DNA from: Burkholderiales bacterium
GTDB taxonomy: Bacteria > Pseudomonadota > Gammaproteobacteria > Burkholderiales > SG8-39
Direction: 5' to 3'
Length of the DNA: 64,000 bases
Assembly: GCA_014860445.1 (NCBI GenBank)
Contig: JACZJT010000032.1
Span: forward strand, 74,268 to 138,267
Made by a program: the position numbers and the translations under genes. Below, in pieces: positions 30,301 through 40,600 of the stretch. The notes under the pieces are model-generated. The model was not told the origin of the DNA. It saw only the letters and a list, made by a program, of their open reading frames with translations, and ran no database searches. Numbering within the stretch: the stretch's first letter is position 1; each line of letters starts with the position of its first letter.

Positions 30301-30816
30301 ATGCAGACCGATTTGAATACGAGGCGGGTGTTTTCAGGATTCGTGGTGATTCCGATTGCGCTGATCGCGGGCGCGCTGATTTTGCAGCACCTCAAAGACC
30401 AGTCGCCCTGTCCCTTGTGCGTGCTGCAGCGCGCGGGATTCATACTCGTGGCCTTGATCGCGTTGGTAGCGGCGATACGCCAGCCGCAGGGCCGCGGCGC
30501 GGCGGCCTATTTCGCGGCGCTGGCACTGAGCGCCCTGGCCGGCCTCGGCGTCGCGGCGCGCCATGTGTGGGTGCTGTATCACCCGAAATTCGGCTGCGGC
30601 ATCGATGTGCTTGAGCAATTCGTCAACAAGCTGCCCACCGCCAAACTGCTGCCCTGGCTGCTGCACGCGAGCGGAGAATGCACGGCGCCGCACGAGCCGA
30701 TATTGAGTCTGCAACTGCCCGAGTGGTCGCTCATCTGGTTTTCGCTGCTGCTCATCGCGGCCGTTTTCTTTGCCTACAAGCGACTGTCCGGGGTACGCGC
30801 CGGGAACAAAGCTTGA
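30301..30816 (+). CDS. dsbB: Disulfide bond formation protein B
   Basis: ATG at 30301 (the track start at 30244 is TTG), 171 aa. Four TM segments, CPLC in the first periplasmic loop and a second Cys pair (FGCG...GEC). Confidence 0.85.
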   Translation: MQTDLNTRRVFSGFVVIPIALIAGALILQHLKDQSPCPLCVLQRAGFILVALIALVAAIRQPQGRGAAAYFAALALSALAGLGVAARHVWVLYHPKFGCGIDVLEQFVNKLPTAKLLPWLLHASGECTAPHEPILSLQLPEWSLIWFSLLLIAAVFFAYKRLSGVRAGNKA

Positions 30817-30912
30817 GGTCGGGCGCGCGTCGCGCGCGCTCGCTTCCCATCCCGAAGATGGCGGAAAGCCGCTATAATTCAGGATTTTAGCCTTGCAGGG
30901 CAGATTCTGAAC

Positions 30913-31848
30913 ATGCGGGTCAGGCGCACTTTTTCCGCGCGCAGCCAGTCGCCGACGGCATTGACCATCGGCAACTTCGACGGCGTGCACCGGGGCCACC
31001 AGGCGATGCTCGCGCGTCTCAAAGACCAGGCGCGCGCGCTGGGCATGCGGGCCTGCGTGCTCACCTTCGAACCGCACCCGCTCGAGTTGTTCGCGCCGAA
31101 AACGGCGCCGACGCGGCTCACATCCCTGCGGGAGAAACTGGAATTGCTCGCGGAGCATGGCGTCGAATGCGTGCAGGTCAACCGCTTCAATCGGGCCTAC
31201 GCGAACCTTTCCCCGCAGGACTTCATCGAGCAGGTGCTGCTCGCCGGACTGGGGATGCGCTGGCTGCTGATCGGCGACGACTTTCGTTTCGGCGCGCGCC
31301 GCGCCGGCGATTTCGCGCTGTTGCAGGAGGCCTCGGCCAAACACGGTTTCGGTCTGGAGGCGATGCACACGGTCGCGCAGGACGGTGTGCGCGTGTCGAG
31401 TTCGGCGGTGCGCGCCGCGCTCGCCGCGGGCCGTCTGGCGGAGGCGGAAGCGCTGCTCGGCCGGCCGTACAGCATCAGCGGCCGGATCGTGCACGGCGAC
31501 AAACTCGGACGGACGATCGGTTATCCTACGGCCAATGTGCAACTTCGGCACAATCGACCGCCCCTGTACGGAATTTTTGCGGTGCGCACCCGCGCCGGGG
31601 ACGGCCAGCTGCGCTATGGCGCGGCGAGCCTGGGGCTGCGCCCCACGGTCGACGACAGCGGGCGCGCGAAACTCGAGGTGCATCTCTTCGACTATGACGG
31701 GGACCTCTACGGCCATCATCTGCGCGTCGATTTCCTGCACAAAATCCGCGACGAGGAAAAATTTTCCGACCTCGAGTCGCTCAAGGCGCGCATCGCGAGG
31801 GATTGCGACATCGCCAGGGAGTACCTCGCAGCGTATGAAAGCGTCTGA
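30913..31848 (+). CDS. ribF: Bifunctional riboflavin kinase / FMN adenylyltransferase
   Basis: 311 aa. GNFDGVHRGHQ plus the C-terminal kinase domain GYPTAN...LEVHLFDY. Confidence 0.96.
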   Translation: MRVRRTFSARSQSPTALTIGNFDGVHRGHQAMLARLKDQARALGMRACVLTFEPHPLELFAPKTAPTRLTSLREKLELLAEHGVECVQVNRFNRAYANLSPQDFIEQVLLAGLGMRWLLIGDDFRFGARRAGDFALLQEASAKHGFGLEAMHTVAQDGVRVSSSAVRAALAAGRLAEAEALLGRPYSISGRIVHGDKLGRTIGYPTANVQLRHNRPPLYGIFAVRTRAGDGQLRYGAASLGLRPTVDDSGRAKLEVHLFDYDGDLYGHHLRVDFLHKIRDEEKFSDLESLKARIARDCDIAREYLAAYESV

Positions 31849-31894
31849 ATATTTTCCGACAAGCACCGATCAATCGAAACCTTACTGAAGCAAA

Positions 31895-34750
31895 ATGGCT
31901 GACTACAAGAACACGCTGAACCTTACGGACACGCCCTTTCCCATGCGCGGCGATCTCGCCAAACGCGAGCCGCGCTGGGTGCAGGAATGGCAGGACAAGA
32001 AAAGGTACGAGGCGATTCGCGCCGCGTCCAAGGGAAGGCCCAAGTTCATTCTGCACGACGGCCCGCCCTACGCCAACGGCAAAATCCACCTCGGCCACGC
32101 GATCAACAAGATACTCAAGGACATCATTGTCAAAGCGCGCAACATGGCGGGCTACGACGCCGTTTATGTGCCGGGCTGGGACTGTCATGGCATGCCGATC
32201 GAACGCGAAATCGAAAAGCAGCACGGCAAGAACCTGGCGGTGGAGAAAACGCAAAGCCTGTGCCGCGCCTATGCCGCGGAGCAGATCGAGCAGCAGAAGA
32301 AAGATTTCCAGCGCCTCGGCGTGCTCGGCGACTGGGACCATCCCTATCAGACCATGGCTTTCGGCAATGAGGCCGACGAAATTCGCACGCTCGGCAAGAT
32401 CCTGGAAAAAGGCTATGTCTACCGCGGCCTGAAGCCGGTGAACTGGTGCTTCGACTGCGGCTCGGCCCTGGCCGAAGCCGAGGTGGAGTACGCAGACCGC
32501 AAGGACTTCGCCATCGACGTCGGTTTTCCCTTCGCAGAGCCGGAAAAAATCGCCAAGGCATTCGGCCTCGCCAAGCTGCCCGATGAAAAAGGCTGGATCG
32601 TCATCTGGACGACCACGCCCTGGACCATACCGGGCAACCAGGCGCTGAACGCGCATCCGGAACACCTCTACAACCTGATCGCAACCGAGCGCGGGCTGCT
32701 GATCCTGGCAGCGGACCTGCAGGACGCCTGCCTGGCGCGCTACGGATTCGCCGGAAAAGTGCTCGCCTCGTGCAAGGGCAGCGCGCTCGAGTTGATCGCG
32801 TTCCATCATCCTTTTTACGAGCGCCTCGCGCCGGTCTACCTGGGCGACTATGTGACACTCGACACCGGGACCGGCATCGTGCACAGCGCGCCGGCCTATG
32901 GCGTCGAGGACTTCGACTCCTGCCGCCGCTACGGCATGAAGGACGATCAGATACTCACGCCGGTAATGGCCGACGGGAAATACGCGTCCACGCTGCCGTT
33001 TTTCGGCGGCATGATGATCTGGAAGGCCAATCCGGAAGTAGTCAAAAAAATCGACGAGGTCGGCGCCCTGTTCCATCGCGAGGACTATGCGCACAGCTAT
33101 ATGCACTGCTGGCGCCACAAGACGCCGATCATCTACCGCGCCAGCACGCAATGGTTCGCCGCGATGGACGAGCCGCCCGGTTTCAGGGGCGCGAAGCCCG
33201 CCGCATCATTGCGGGCAACCGCGCTGCGCGGCATCGACAACACGCGTTTCTATCCGGACTGGGGCAAGGCGCGCCTGCACGGCATGATCGCCAACCGCCC
33301 CGACTGGACGCTATCGCGCCAGCGCCAGTGGGGCGTGCCCATGCCTTTTTTCATCCACAATGAAACCGGCGAACTGCATCCGCGCACGCTCGAGTTGCTG
33401 GAGCAGGTGGCCCGGCGCGTGGAGAAAGGCGGCATCGAAGCCTGGCAGACCCTGGACCCGCAGGAACTGCTGGGCGCCGAAGCCGCGCAATACGCCAAGA
33501 TCAAGGACACGTTGGATGTCTGGTTCGATTCCGGCTCGACGCACCAGACGGTGATGGGCGGGCCGGGCAGCGATGCGGGCGGTGCCGGTTCGCACGGGGC
33601 GGCATTGAAATTTCCGGCCGACCTATATCTGGAAGGCTCCGACCAGCACCGCGGCTGGTTTCATTCTTCGCTGCTCGTGTCGTGCATGCTGAACGGCGTA
33701 CCGCCCTACAAGGCGCTGCTGACACACGGCTTCGTCGTCGACGGCCACGGGCGCAAAATGTCGAAATCGATGGGTAATGTGATCGCCCCGCAGAAAGTGT
33801 CGGACACGCTCGGCGCCGAAGTGCTGCGCCTGTGGGTGGCAGCCACCGATTATTCGGGCGAGTTGTCGATTTCGGACGAGATCCTGAAGCGCGTGGTGGA
33901 GAGCTACCGGCGCATCCGTAATACGCTGCGCTTTCTGCTCGCGAATACCGCCGACTTCGATCCGCAGGCGCATGCCCTGCCGCTTGCGGACTGGCTGGAA
34001 ATCGACCGCTATGCCGTGGCGCTGACGCAGTCCGTGCAGCAGGACATCGCGCGCGACTACGAAAATTACGATTTTCATTTTGTCGCGCAGAAGCTGCAGG
34101 GCTTTTGCTCCGAGGACCTGGGCGGGTTTTACCTCGACATACTCAAGGACCGCCTGTACACGGCCGGGAAGGACTCGCGGTCGCGGCGCTCGGCGCAGAA
34201 CGCGCTGTACCAGATCCTGCAGCGACTGGTGCGCTTGATGGCGCCGATCCTGTCCTTTACCGCCGAGGAGATCTGGTCTCTGGGCGGCGGCAATGACAAG
34301 GACAAGAAGGACGGGAACGTCAGCGTGTTCACCCACACCTGGGACGAATATCCGGCCAGCGGTTTTTCGACTGAACTGCTCGAGCGCTGGGGAAAAATCC
34401 GCGCAGTGCGCGCCGAGGTGCAAAAGCAGTTGGAGGAGGCGCGCGGCGCGGGAAAGATCGGCTCCTCGCTTCAGGCCGAGGTCGAGATACGCGCCAGCGG
34501 AAGCAAGCTGGAACTGCTGCAATCGCTGGCCGACGATCTGCGCTTCGTGCTGATCACTTCGAGCGCCGTGGTCACGCCGGTTGCCGCCACGGCCGATGAA
34601 GCGGTGATCGTGACTGCCAGCGCGCACGTCAAGTGCGAGCGCTGCTGGCACTACCGGGCCGATGTCGGCGCGGATGCGGCCCACCCGGGGCTGTGCGGCC
34701 GCTGCGTGTCCAATCTGCATGGCGAAGGCGAGGCGAGGGCGCATGCGTAG
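31895..34750 (+). CDS. ileS: Isoleucyl-tRNA synthetase
   Basis: 951 aa. HLGH (GKIHLGHA), KMSKS, and a C-terminal Zn-finger CERCWHY...CGRC. Confidence 0.98.
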   Translation: MADYKNTLNLTDTPFPMRGDLAKREPRWVQEWQDKKRYEAIRAASKGRPKFILHDGPPYANGKIHLGHAINKILKDIIVKARNMAGYDAVYVPGWDCHGMPIEREIEKQHGKNLAVEKTQSLCRAYAAEQIEQQKKDFQRLGVLGDWDHPYQTMAFGNEADEIRTLGKILEKGYVYRGLKPVNWCFDCGSALAEAEVEYADRKDFAIDVGFPFAEPEKIAKAFGLAKLPDEKGWIVIWTTTPWTIPGNQALNAHPEHLYNLIATERGLLILAADLQDACLARYGFAGKVLASCKGSALELIAFHHPFYERLAPVYLGDYVTLDTGTGIVHSAPAYGVEDFDSCRRYGMKDDQILTPVMADGKYASTLPFFGGMMIWKANPEVVKKIDEVGALFHREDYAHSYMHCWRHKTPIIYRASTQWFAAMDEPPGFRGAKPAASLRATALRGIDNTRFYPDWGKARLHGMIANRPDWTLSRQRQWGVPMPFFIHNETGELHPRTLELLEQVARRVEKGGIEAWQTLDPQELLGAEAAQYAKIKDTLDVWFDSGSTHQTVMGGPGSDAGGAGSHGAALKFPADLYLEGSDQHRGWFHSSLLVSCMLNGVPPYKALLTHGFVVDGHGRKMSKSMGNVIAPQKVSDTLGAEVLRLWVAATDYSGELSISDEILKRVVESYRRIRNTLRFLLANTADFDPQAHALPLADWLEIDRYAVALTQSVQQDIARDYENYDFHFVAQKLQGFCSEDLGGFYLDILKDRLYTAGKDSRSRRSAQNALYQILQRLVRLMAPILSFTAEEIWSLGGGNDKDKKDGNVSVFTHTWDEYPASGFSTELLERWGKIRAVRAEVQKQLEEARGAGKIGSSLQAEVEIRASGSKLELLQSLADDLRFVLITSSAVVTPVAATADEAVIVTASAHVKCERCWHYRADVGADAAHPGLCGRCVSNLHGEGEARAHA

Positions 34751-35228
34751 GCTGCTGCCCTGGTACGGGCTCGCGCTGCTGGTGGTGCTGCTCGACCAGC
34801 TGAGCAAGTATTGGATCAGCGCCAGCTTCCGCTACGGCGAAGCGCGTGCCTACAGCGGGTTTTTCAATCTGGTGCTCACGCACAACCGCGGCGCGGCATT
34901 CAGTTTTCTCGCCGGTGCCGGCGGTTGGCAGCGCGGCTTTTTCATCACGATCGCGCTCGTCGCGATCGTGGTCATCAGCGTGCTGCTCGCGCGCCATGTG
35001 CGCGAAACACTGTTCTGCCTGTCACTCGCCCTGATACTGGGTGGCGCGATCGGCAATGTCGTCGATCGCATCGCGCTGGGCTACGTTGTGGATTTTCTCG
35101 ATTTTCACTTTTCAGGCTGGCACTGGCCGGCGTTCAATCTGGCCGATTCGGCAATCACCGCCGGCGCCGTGCTGCTGGTCGTGGACAGCCTGTGGCCCGG
35201 CGCGCGGCGCTCGGGAGCGGCGCGATGA
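34743..35228 (+). CDS. lspA: Lipoprotein signal peptidase (signal peptidase II)
   Basis: ATG at 34743 ([13 protein letters not shown]...) overlaps the ileS stop by 8 nt, 161 aa. NRGAAFSF and FNLAD motifs. Confidence 0.94.
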   Translation: MRRLLPWYGLALLVVLLDQLSKYWISASFRYGEARAYSGFFNLVLTHNRGAAFSFLAGAGGWQRGFFITIALVAIVVISVLLARHVRETLFCLSLALILGGAIGNVVDRIALGYVVDFLDFHFSGWHWPAFNLADSAITAGAVLLVVDSLWPGARRSGAAR

Positions 35229-35280
35229 GCGCGCGTCAGAACGCGTATTTGAATTTCGGCGGTATCATTGAGGTTGAACT

Positions 35281-36210
35281 ATGGAACTCCTACTAGCCAA
35301 TCCCCGCGGTTTCTGCGCCGGTGTCGAGCGCGCGATCAGCATCGTCGAGCGCGCGCTGGAGTTGCACGGCGCGCCGATCTATGTGCGCCACGAGGTGGTT
35401 CACAATAAATTCGTGGTCGACGACCTGCGCGCCAAGGGGGCGGTGTTCGTCGAGGACCTGGACCAGGTGCCCTCCGGCAGTACGCTGATATTCAGCGCCC
35501 ACGGCGTGTCGCAGGCGATCCGCCGCGAGGCCGATGCGCGCGGCCTCAAGGTGTTCGACGCCACCTGTCCGCTGGTGACCAAGGTGCATGTCGAGGTCGC
35601 CAAGATGCGCGAGCAGGGTCGCGGCATCGTCATGATCGGCCATCGCGGACACCCCGAGGTCGAAGGCACCATGGGGCAGGCGACGCAGGGCATGTATCTG
35701 GTGGAAACCGTCGAGGACGCCGAACGCCTCGAAGTCGAAGACGCCGGCCAGCTCGCTTACGTCACTCAGACCACGCTGTCCGTGGATGACGCCGCCGCAA
35801 TTGTCGCAGCGCTGAAGCGGCGCTTTCCGCTGATCGTGGGGCCGAAGAAGGACGATATCTGTTACGCCACGCAGAATCGCCAGGACGCGGTGAAATTCAT
35901 GGCGCCGCAATGCGATCTGGTCATCGTGGTCGGGTCGCCCAACAGTTCGAACTCGAACCGCCTGCGCGAAGTCGCGCAAACCCTCGGGGTGAAGGCCTAC
36001 ATGATCGACAAGGCGTCGGAACTGCGGCTGGAGTGGCTGCAAGGCTGCGAGCGCGTGGGCCTCAGCGCCGGCGCCTCGGCGCCCGAGGTGCTGGTGCTCG
36101 AAGTCATCGCGAGGCTGCAGGAACTGGGCGCGAAGCGGGTGACGCAGCTCAGGGGCAAGGAGGAGGGCGTGACCTTCCCGCTGCCCAAGGGTTTGGCGGC
36201 CAACGGGTGA
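35281..36210 (+). CDS. ispH: 4-hydroxy-3-methylbut-2-enyl diphosphate reductase
   Basis: 309 aa. [12 protein letters not shown] and the three conserved Cys positions. Confidence 0.97.
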   Translation: MELLLANPRGFCAGVERAISIVERALELHGAPIYVRHEVVHNKFVVDDLRAKGAVFVEDLDQVPSGSTLIFSAHGVSQAIRREADARGLKVFDATCPLVTKVHVEVAKMREQGRGIVMIGHRGHPEVEGTMGQATQGMYLVETVEDAERLEVEDAGQLAYVTQTTLSVDDAAAIVAALKRRFPLIVGPKKDDICYATQNRQDAVKFMAPQCDLVIVVGSPNSSNSNRLREVAQTLGVKAYMIDKASELRLEWLQGCERVGLSAGASAPEVLVLEVIARLQELGAKRVTQLRGKEEGVTFPLPKGLAANG

Positions 36211-36220
36211 CGACAGGCTG

Positions 36221-36246
36221 AACCCGCGCCCGCGGGTTTATTTTTG
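36221..36246. terminator. Hairpin plus T-tract between convergent ispH and the DUF4124/glutaredoxin gene
   Basis: aacccgc-gccc-gcgggtt followed by taTTTTT. Overlaps the stop codon of the minus-strand gene. Confidence 0.6.
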
Positions 36247-36825
36247 CGCGCTGGTATTGCTTGTTTCCGTCGCGGCCGTCGCGGGCGAGCCCTCTGTCCC
36301 TGCAGCGGGCGCCGGTTTCTTCGCCGGTTTGACGACGAGCTTTCTCGCCTCGACGCCGCGCGGCAACAGCGAACTGGCCGGATAGCCGGCGGTGTCCAGG
36401 GCGGTTTTGTAAATTCCGCTCTCGAAGCCCTTGTAGACCTCGTGCCCGACGGTCATTACCGGAACCACTGTGCCGCCCGTCAGACGCTTGATCGCGGCAA
36501 TGTCTTCCTCATCGGCAACGGCGTGTTCGCTGTAGGGCACGCCGCGGTTGTTCAGGAATTCGCGCGCCTGTACGCAGGTGTCTTTGCAGGACTCGGAGGT
36601 GTAGAGCGCGACGGGAAAATTCTTCACTGCCTGTTGCAAGGCGTAGGGCAGGGGTGCCGAACCCGCTGCGTTGGAGATGGACAGTTTTTCCAATTTCCTG
36701 GCTGCCGATGCGGGCACCCGGTCCGAATAATGCATGTTGCCGTCGTCGTCGACCCAGCGGTACATTTGCTGCGCGTTGGCGAGCAGGGGTAGCAGCAGCA
36801 AGAGTGCAAGAAATCGCACGTACAT
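36238..36825 (-). CDS. Secreted DUF4124-plus-glutaredoxin-like domain protein
   Basis: Internal ATG at 36825 (MYVRFLALLLLLPLLANAQQMYRWVDDDGNMHYSD...) with a GGAG SD, 195 aa. Signal peptide, the DUF4124 signature YRWVD..G..HYSD, and a glutaredoxin-like segment VALYTSESCKDTCVQAREFL. Confidence 0.75.
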   Translation of the reverse strand: MYVRFLALLLLLPLLANAQQMYRWVDDDGNMHYSDRVPASAARKLEKLSISNAAGSAPLPYALQQAVKNFPVALYTSESCKDTCVQAREFLNNRGVPYSEHAVADEEDIAAIKRLTGGTVVPVMTVGHEVYKGFESGIYKTALDTAGYPASSLLPRGVEARKLVVKPAKKPAPAAGTEGSPATAATETSNTSAQK

Positions 36826-37015
36826 CGGTGAACTCCGTCTGTCCTGGGTTACAAAGTAATCATAGCACCGTGCTGTGGTCGCGTATCCGCGTGCGGGTCT
36901 GCATTCCGTGTCGATAGCGGACATCAGGGCCCGCCGATTTCCAAGGCGCCGCGCTCCGGACCCGGCCCGCTTATTCGGATTAGACAAAGTCAAAATTATA
37001 AATTAGAATCCAAAC

Positions 37016-37435
37016 ATGGACTTACGAATTCACACCCGCGAAAGCGTGGCGCAGATGCTGCGCGGCCGCGGCATCAATCCCACGCATCAGCGCATAGAGA
37101 TAGGCTTGGCCCTGTTCGAAAACCCGCGCCACTCCTCCGCCGACGAGATTCTTGCGCTGGTCAACGCGCGTCATACCGAAGCCTCCAAGGCGACGGTGTA
37201 CAACACCCTCAAGCTGTTCGTCGAAAAGGGGATGGTGCGCGAGTTGATCGTCGATCCGAATAAAGTCTTTTACGATTCCAACACCAGTGTGCATCATCAT
37301 TTCTACGATGTAATCACCGGGGAACTCACGGACATTCCGGCCGAGGGTGTGCACATCGATGGCCTGCCCTCGTTGCCGCCCGGCTCGATCACTGAAGGCA
37401 TCGACGTGATCGTGCGCATTCGCCAGGGGCATTGA
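37016..37435 (+). CDS. Fur-family transcriptional regulator (no CxxC structural zinc site)
   Basis: 139 aa. Winged-helix N-domain (THQRIEIG...ATVYNTLKLF) and a HHH cluster (SVHHHFYD), but no cysteines. Metal or effector specificity cannot be called. Confidence 0.85.
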   Translation: MDLRIHTRESVAQMLRGRGINPTHQRIEIGLALFENPRHSSADEILALVNARHTEASKATVYNTLKLFVEKGMVRELIVDPNKVFYDSNTSVHHHFYDVITGELTDIPAEGVHIDGLPSLPPGSITEGIDVIVRIRQGH

Positions 37436-37498
37436 TCGGCGTCTAGCGGCGCACGCGCCGCGCTTGCCGGCGCGCATGGAAATGCGCCTGAGTTCACC

Positions 37499-37527
37499 TT
37501 GTTCACGCGCGCTCCGGCGCATATAAT
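37499..37527 (+). promoter_or_regulatory. Candidate tRNA-Thr promoter (TTGTTC-N17-TATAAT with GC-rich discriminator)
   Basis: ttgttc (37499-37504), a 17-nt spacer, tataat (37522-37527), then ggcgccc. Lies about 50 nt upstream of the tRNA. Confidence 0.5.
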
Positions 37528-37579
37528 GGCGCCCTTCCCTGATGCTTCTCATCGCATCGACGCGCCTGTCAGGGCTAGT

Positions 37580-37655
37580 GCCGGGTTAGCTCAGTTGGTA
37601 GAGCAGCGCATTCGTAATGCGAAGGTCGGAGGTTCGACTCCTCTACCCGGCACCA
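37580..37655 (+). tRNA. tRNA-Thr (anticodon CGU), CCA encoded
   Basis: Hand-folded cloverleaf: acceptor GCCGGGT/ACCCGGC, D arm GCTC-AGTTGGTA-GAGC, anticodon stem GCGCA/TGCGA with loop TT-CGT-AA, T arm GGAGG-TTCGACT-CCTCT, then A-CCA. Confidence 0.95.
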
Positions 37656-37681
37656 TCGGGCCATTGCCCGCCGGAACGTCC

Positions 37682-40600
37682 TCAGTTGTCCCCTTTGATG
37701 TATTTGTAGGTCCGCGTACGCACCTGGGCTATCGGCGGATTGATCTTGGTCGGCTTGATCGGTGAAGCGCCGCCGCCGTCGCGTGGCGGCGCGCCGATCA
37801 AGACCGCGGTCGGCTGACCGTCGATAGGCACAATGCCGATCACCGGCGAAGGCGGCAGGCCGCCGCCGGCAAACGTGACCGAACGCGAGCCGCCGCAGGA
37901 AGCATTGTTTGCGGTGCCGATCGAGCCCGATCCGTTGAACAGATTGACAAAGTAGCCGCGCGCTTCGCCCAGCCTGGTGTTGCACGACAAGGCGCTGCTG
38001 AGCGGCCGGTTGGTGCTGAACGTGACCATGCCGCCGACGATCACGGCGCTGGTGACGCCCTGTTCGCCCTGTCCATACTGATTCAAGTACATGTACCAGC
38101 CCTTCTTGCTGGAGTCGGTGAGCAGGTTCGTGCTGGTGCAGGTCGAGGTGTTGGTATTGGTGACGTCCAGCATATCCGGATCCAGGTCCAGATCGGTGGC
38201 CGCGGTGGCCGACGTGGAGGTCAGGTCGTCCTTGAAGACATAGGCCCTGTTGGGGTAGGGCAGGACGGTATAGGGGTAATTGCTGATCAGCGGATGTTCG
38301 CGATCGCCTGAAACGATCGCAAGGAAGTTCGAGGTCCCGGACGGGAACAGTCCCGGGCCGAACAGGAACTTGCGCCCCTGGCCGATGCTGTTGGTATAGG
38401 CGACTTTGTGCATGGACCAGAGATTGCCCGAGCTCGGATAACGCGGCGTGAGGGTGGTCGGCGACATGACGAAATCGATGCGATAGATATTCCCGCCTAC
38501 GTCGGCGACATAGGCGTAATCGACCAGGCCGTCGTTATTGATGTCTATCATGTTCACGTCCGCGGCAACGGCGCGCGTAGTGGCAAATGACGCGATCAAG
38601 GTGCCGATGTTGGCATCCATGAAATAGACCACGTTGCCTTTGGTCGAGGCGCACTGTGTGGTGATCAGATTATCGTCGTCTTCGCAGCTATCGTAGCCGC
38701 CGCCCATCACCACCACCGGATTTGTCGTCTTGTCGGGCGAATAGCCGTTGATGAAGGCGACGTTCGGCGTCGACCAGGTCTGCCCCATCTGCGAGAAGCC
38801 GGTATCGCAGACGCCGGCCGAGTCGCAACCGTGTTTCCATTTCAGCGTCGGGCTGGCGGTCGGATCGGAGACATCGAAGGCGTAGATCATCCTGCCGCCT
38901 CTGCGCTGGGTCGGGTAGATCCATACCGGCGGGTTGGTTCCGCCTGCGGCCGCCTGGTAGATGCCGATCGAGCCGTCGAAAAAGTAGTCCTTGGCGGTCG
39001 CGCCAACCGTGCCGAGTTTGTAATCGACCGGGGGCGTATTGTCTTTCAGCCGCTGCAGCTTGGGGAAATGGGTCGGTGCGACGAACGCCCAGCGTTCCTT
39101 GCCATTTGAGGCGTCGACCGCGCGCAGCGTGCCGTCGTTTGCACCGTAATAGACCGTAACCCCGGCGGTCCCCCCGTAGTTGACCGGCAGGGGCCGCGAA
39201 TGCACCACGTCCCCGTGTATGGACGGTCGCGTCTGCGTCGGGTTGGTGGTGGCATCGTACAGTCCGGTGGCATTGTTCACGTCCTTGCCCAGGGTGAAAT
39301 CGACGATGTTGGCAGCCAGCGTGCCGCTGGGGACATTGGTGGTATTGAAATCGACCAAGGAAGAGCCGCTCAGGGTGAGCATGGTGCGGTTGGCCGTGGT
39401 CTGGGTGGTCGCCCCGCCCGGGGTATTGCCCCGGCGCAGGATTTCGGCGACCGCACCTTTTTCCACTGTCGGGCCGTCCGGCAGGTCCGAATAGACGGTG
39501 TTCGACGCGACCGCGGAGGTACAGGTGCTGGCCGGATCCGGGTTGACCACAATGTTGGACCAGTAATTGCTGGAGTCCGTGGTCCAGAAGCTGGCGGCGC
39601 AATCGTCGATGAAGCCGGTAAGCGCATTGGTGGCCGCCGCGCCGTTCTTGTCGACCAGGTCGAGGTCGCCGCCGACCTTGCCGATCGCATACTGCTTGAG
39701 GTTGCCGAACCAGCGCGGATTGGCGTCCGGGTCCGGACGGAACATGCCGATGAACACCTGGTTTGCGTTCTGGGTGCGGTTGGTCGCGTTGACCGGCAGG
39801 CTGGCCGAGGCGAAAGTGGTATTGACCGACTGGATTTCGTTGAGTATGGACTTCAAGGCGTTGACGATGGCCGCTTCGTTGGTGGCGGCGAAATACTTGC
39901 CGCCGCCCACCCTCGCCATGCTCATGTACAGCTGCGTTTCCTCGGCGTTTTGCTGCGCGTTGAACACGTCGATGGTGTAAGTCGTGATCGTCTGCTTGAT
40001 GGTGTCGGCCGGGCTGCTGGCCGGATTGATCGACTTGGCCTTGTGCAGGCAGCTCGCCCATTCGTCCGCATTGGCGGCCGTGCTCGGTGTAATGAACGAG
40101 CCGGTTGGCGTGACCGTGGTGCCGGTACTATTGCCGAACACGCTGTAGCGCGCGCCCGAGGCGCACAGGCCGGCGCTGGCACTGGGGGTGCCATAGGTAC
40201 AGCCGCCGTTGTAGCCGGAACAAGTGGCGGAGAATTCGGGAATGCTGGTGGTGTTGGCATAACACTGCGTGGTGTCGCCGAGCAGGGTCGGGGTGGACAC
40301 CGAGCCGGTCGTGGTAACGGCAACCGCGCTCGCGGTCACGGTCTGGGTAACGGCGTACTTGTAGCGCGGCGCAGTGGTGACGGTGGAGGGCGATCCGGTC
40401 GCCGCCTGGGTCACGGTCACATGCTTCTGGCTGCCAGAGCATCCTGTTGTGTCTGCAGAGATTACTCCGCTATAGGAGCAAGTATAGGTCGTGGTGGTGG
40501 TGTCGTTTCCAGACGTTACGACCGTTGTGGCCGGGCAAGTCAGGGTGCCGTAATCGGTAGAGTTGTTCCATTTGTTACTTCCTGTATTGGTGCCGGTATA

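Noticed and set aside
36960-37015. AT-rich stretch (gtcaaaattataaattagaatcc) upstream of the Fur-family gene as an autoregulatory Fur box
   Set aside because: It only loosely matches NAT(A/T)AT hexamer arrays and has no clear dyad symmetry. It may just be the promoter -10/UP region.
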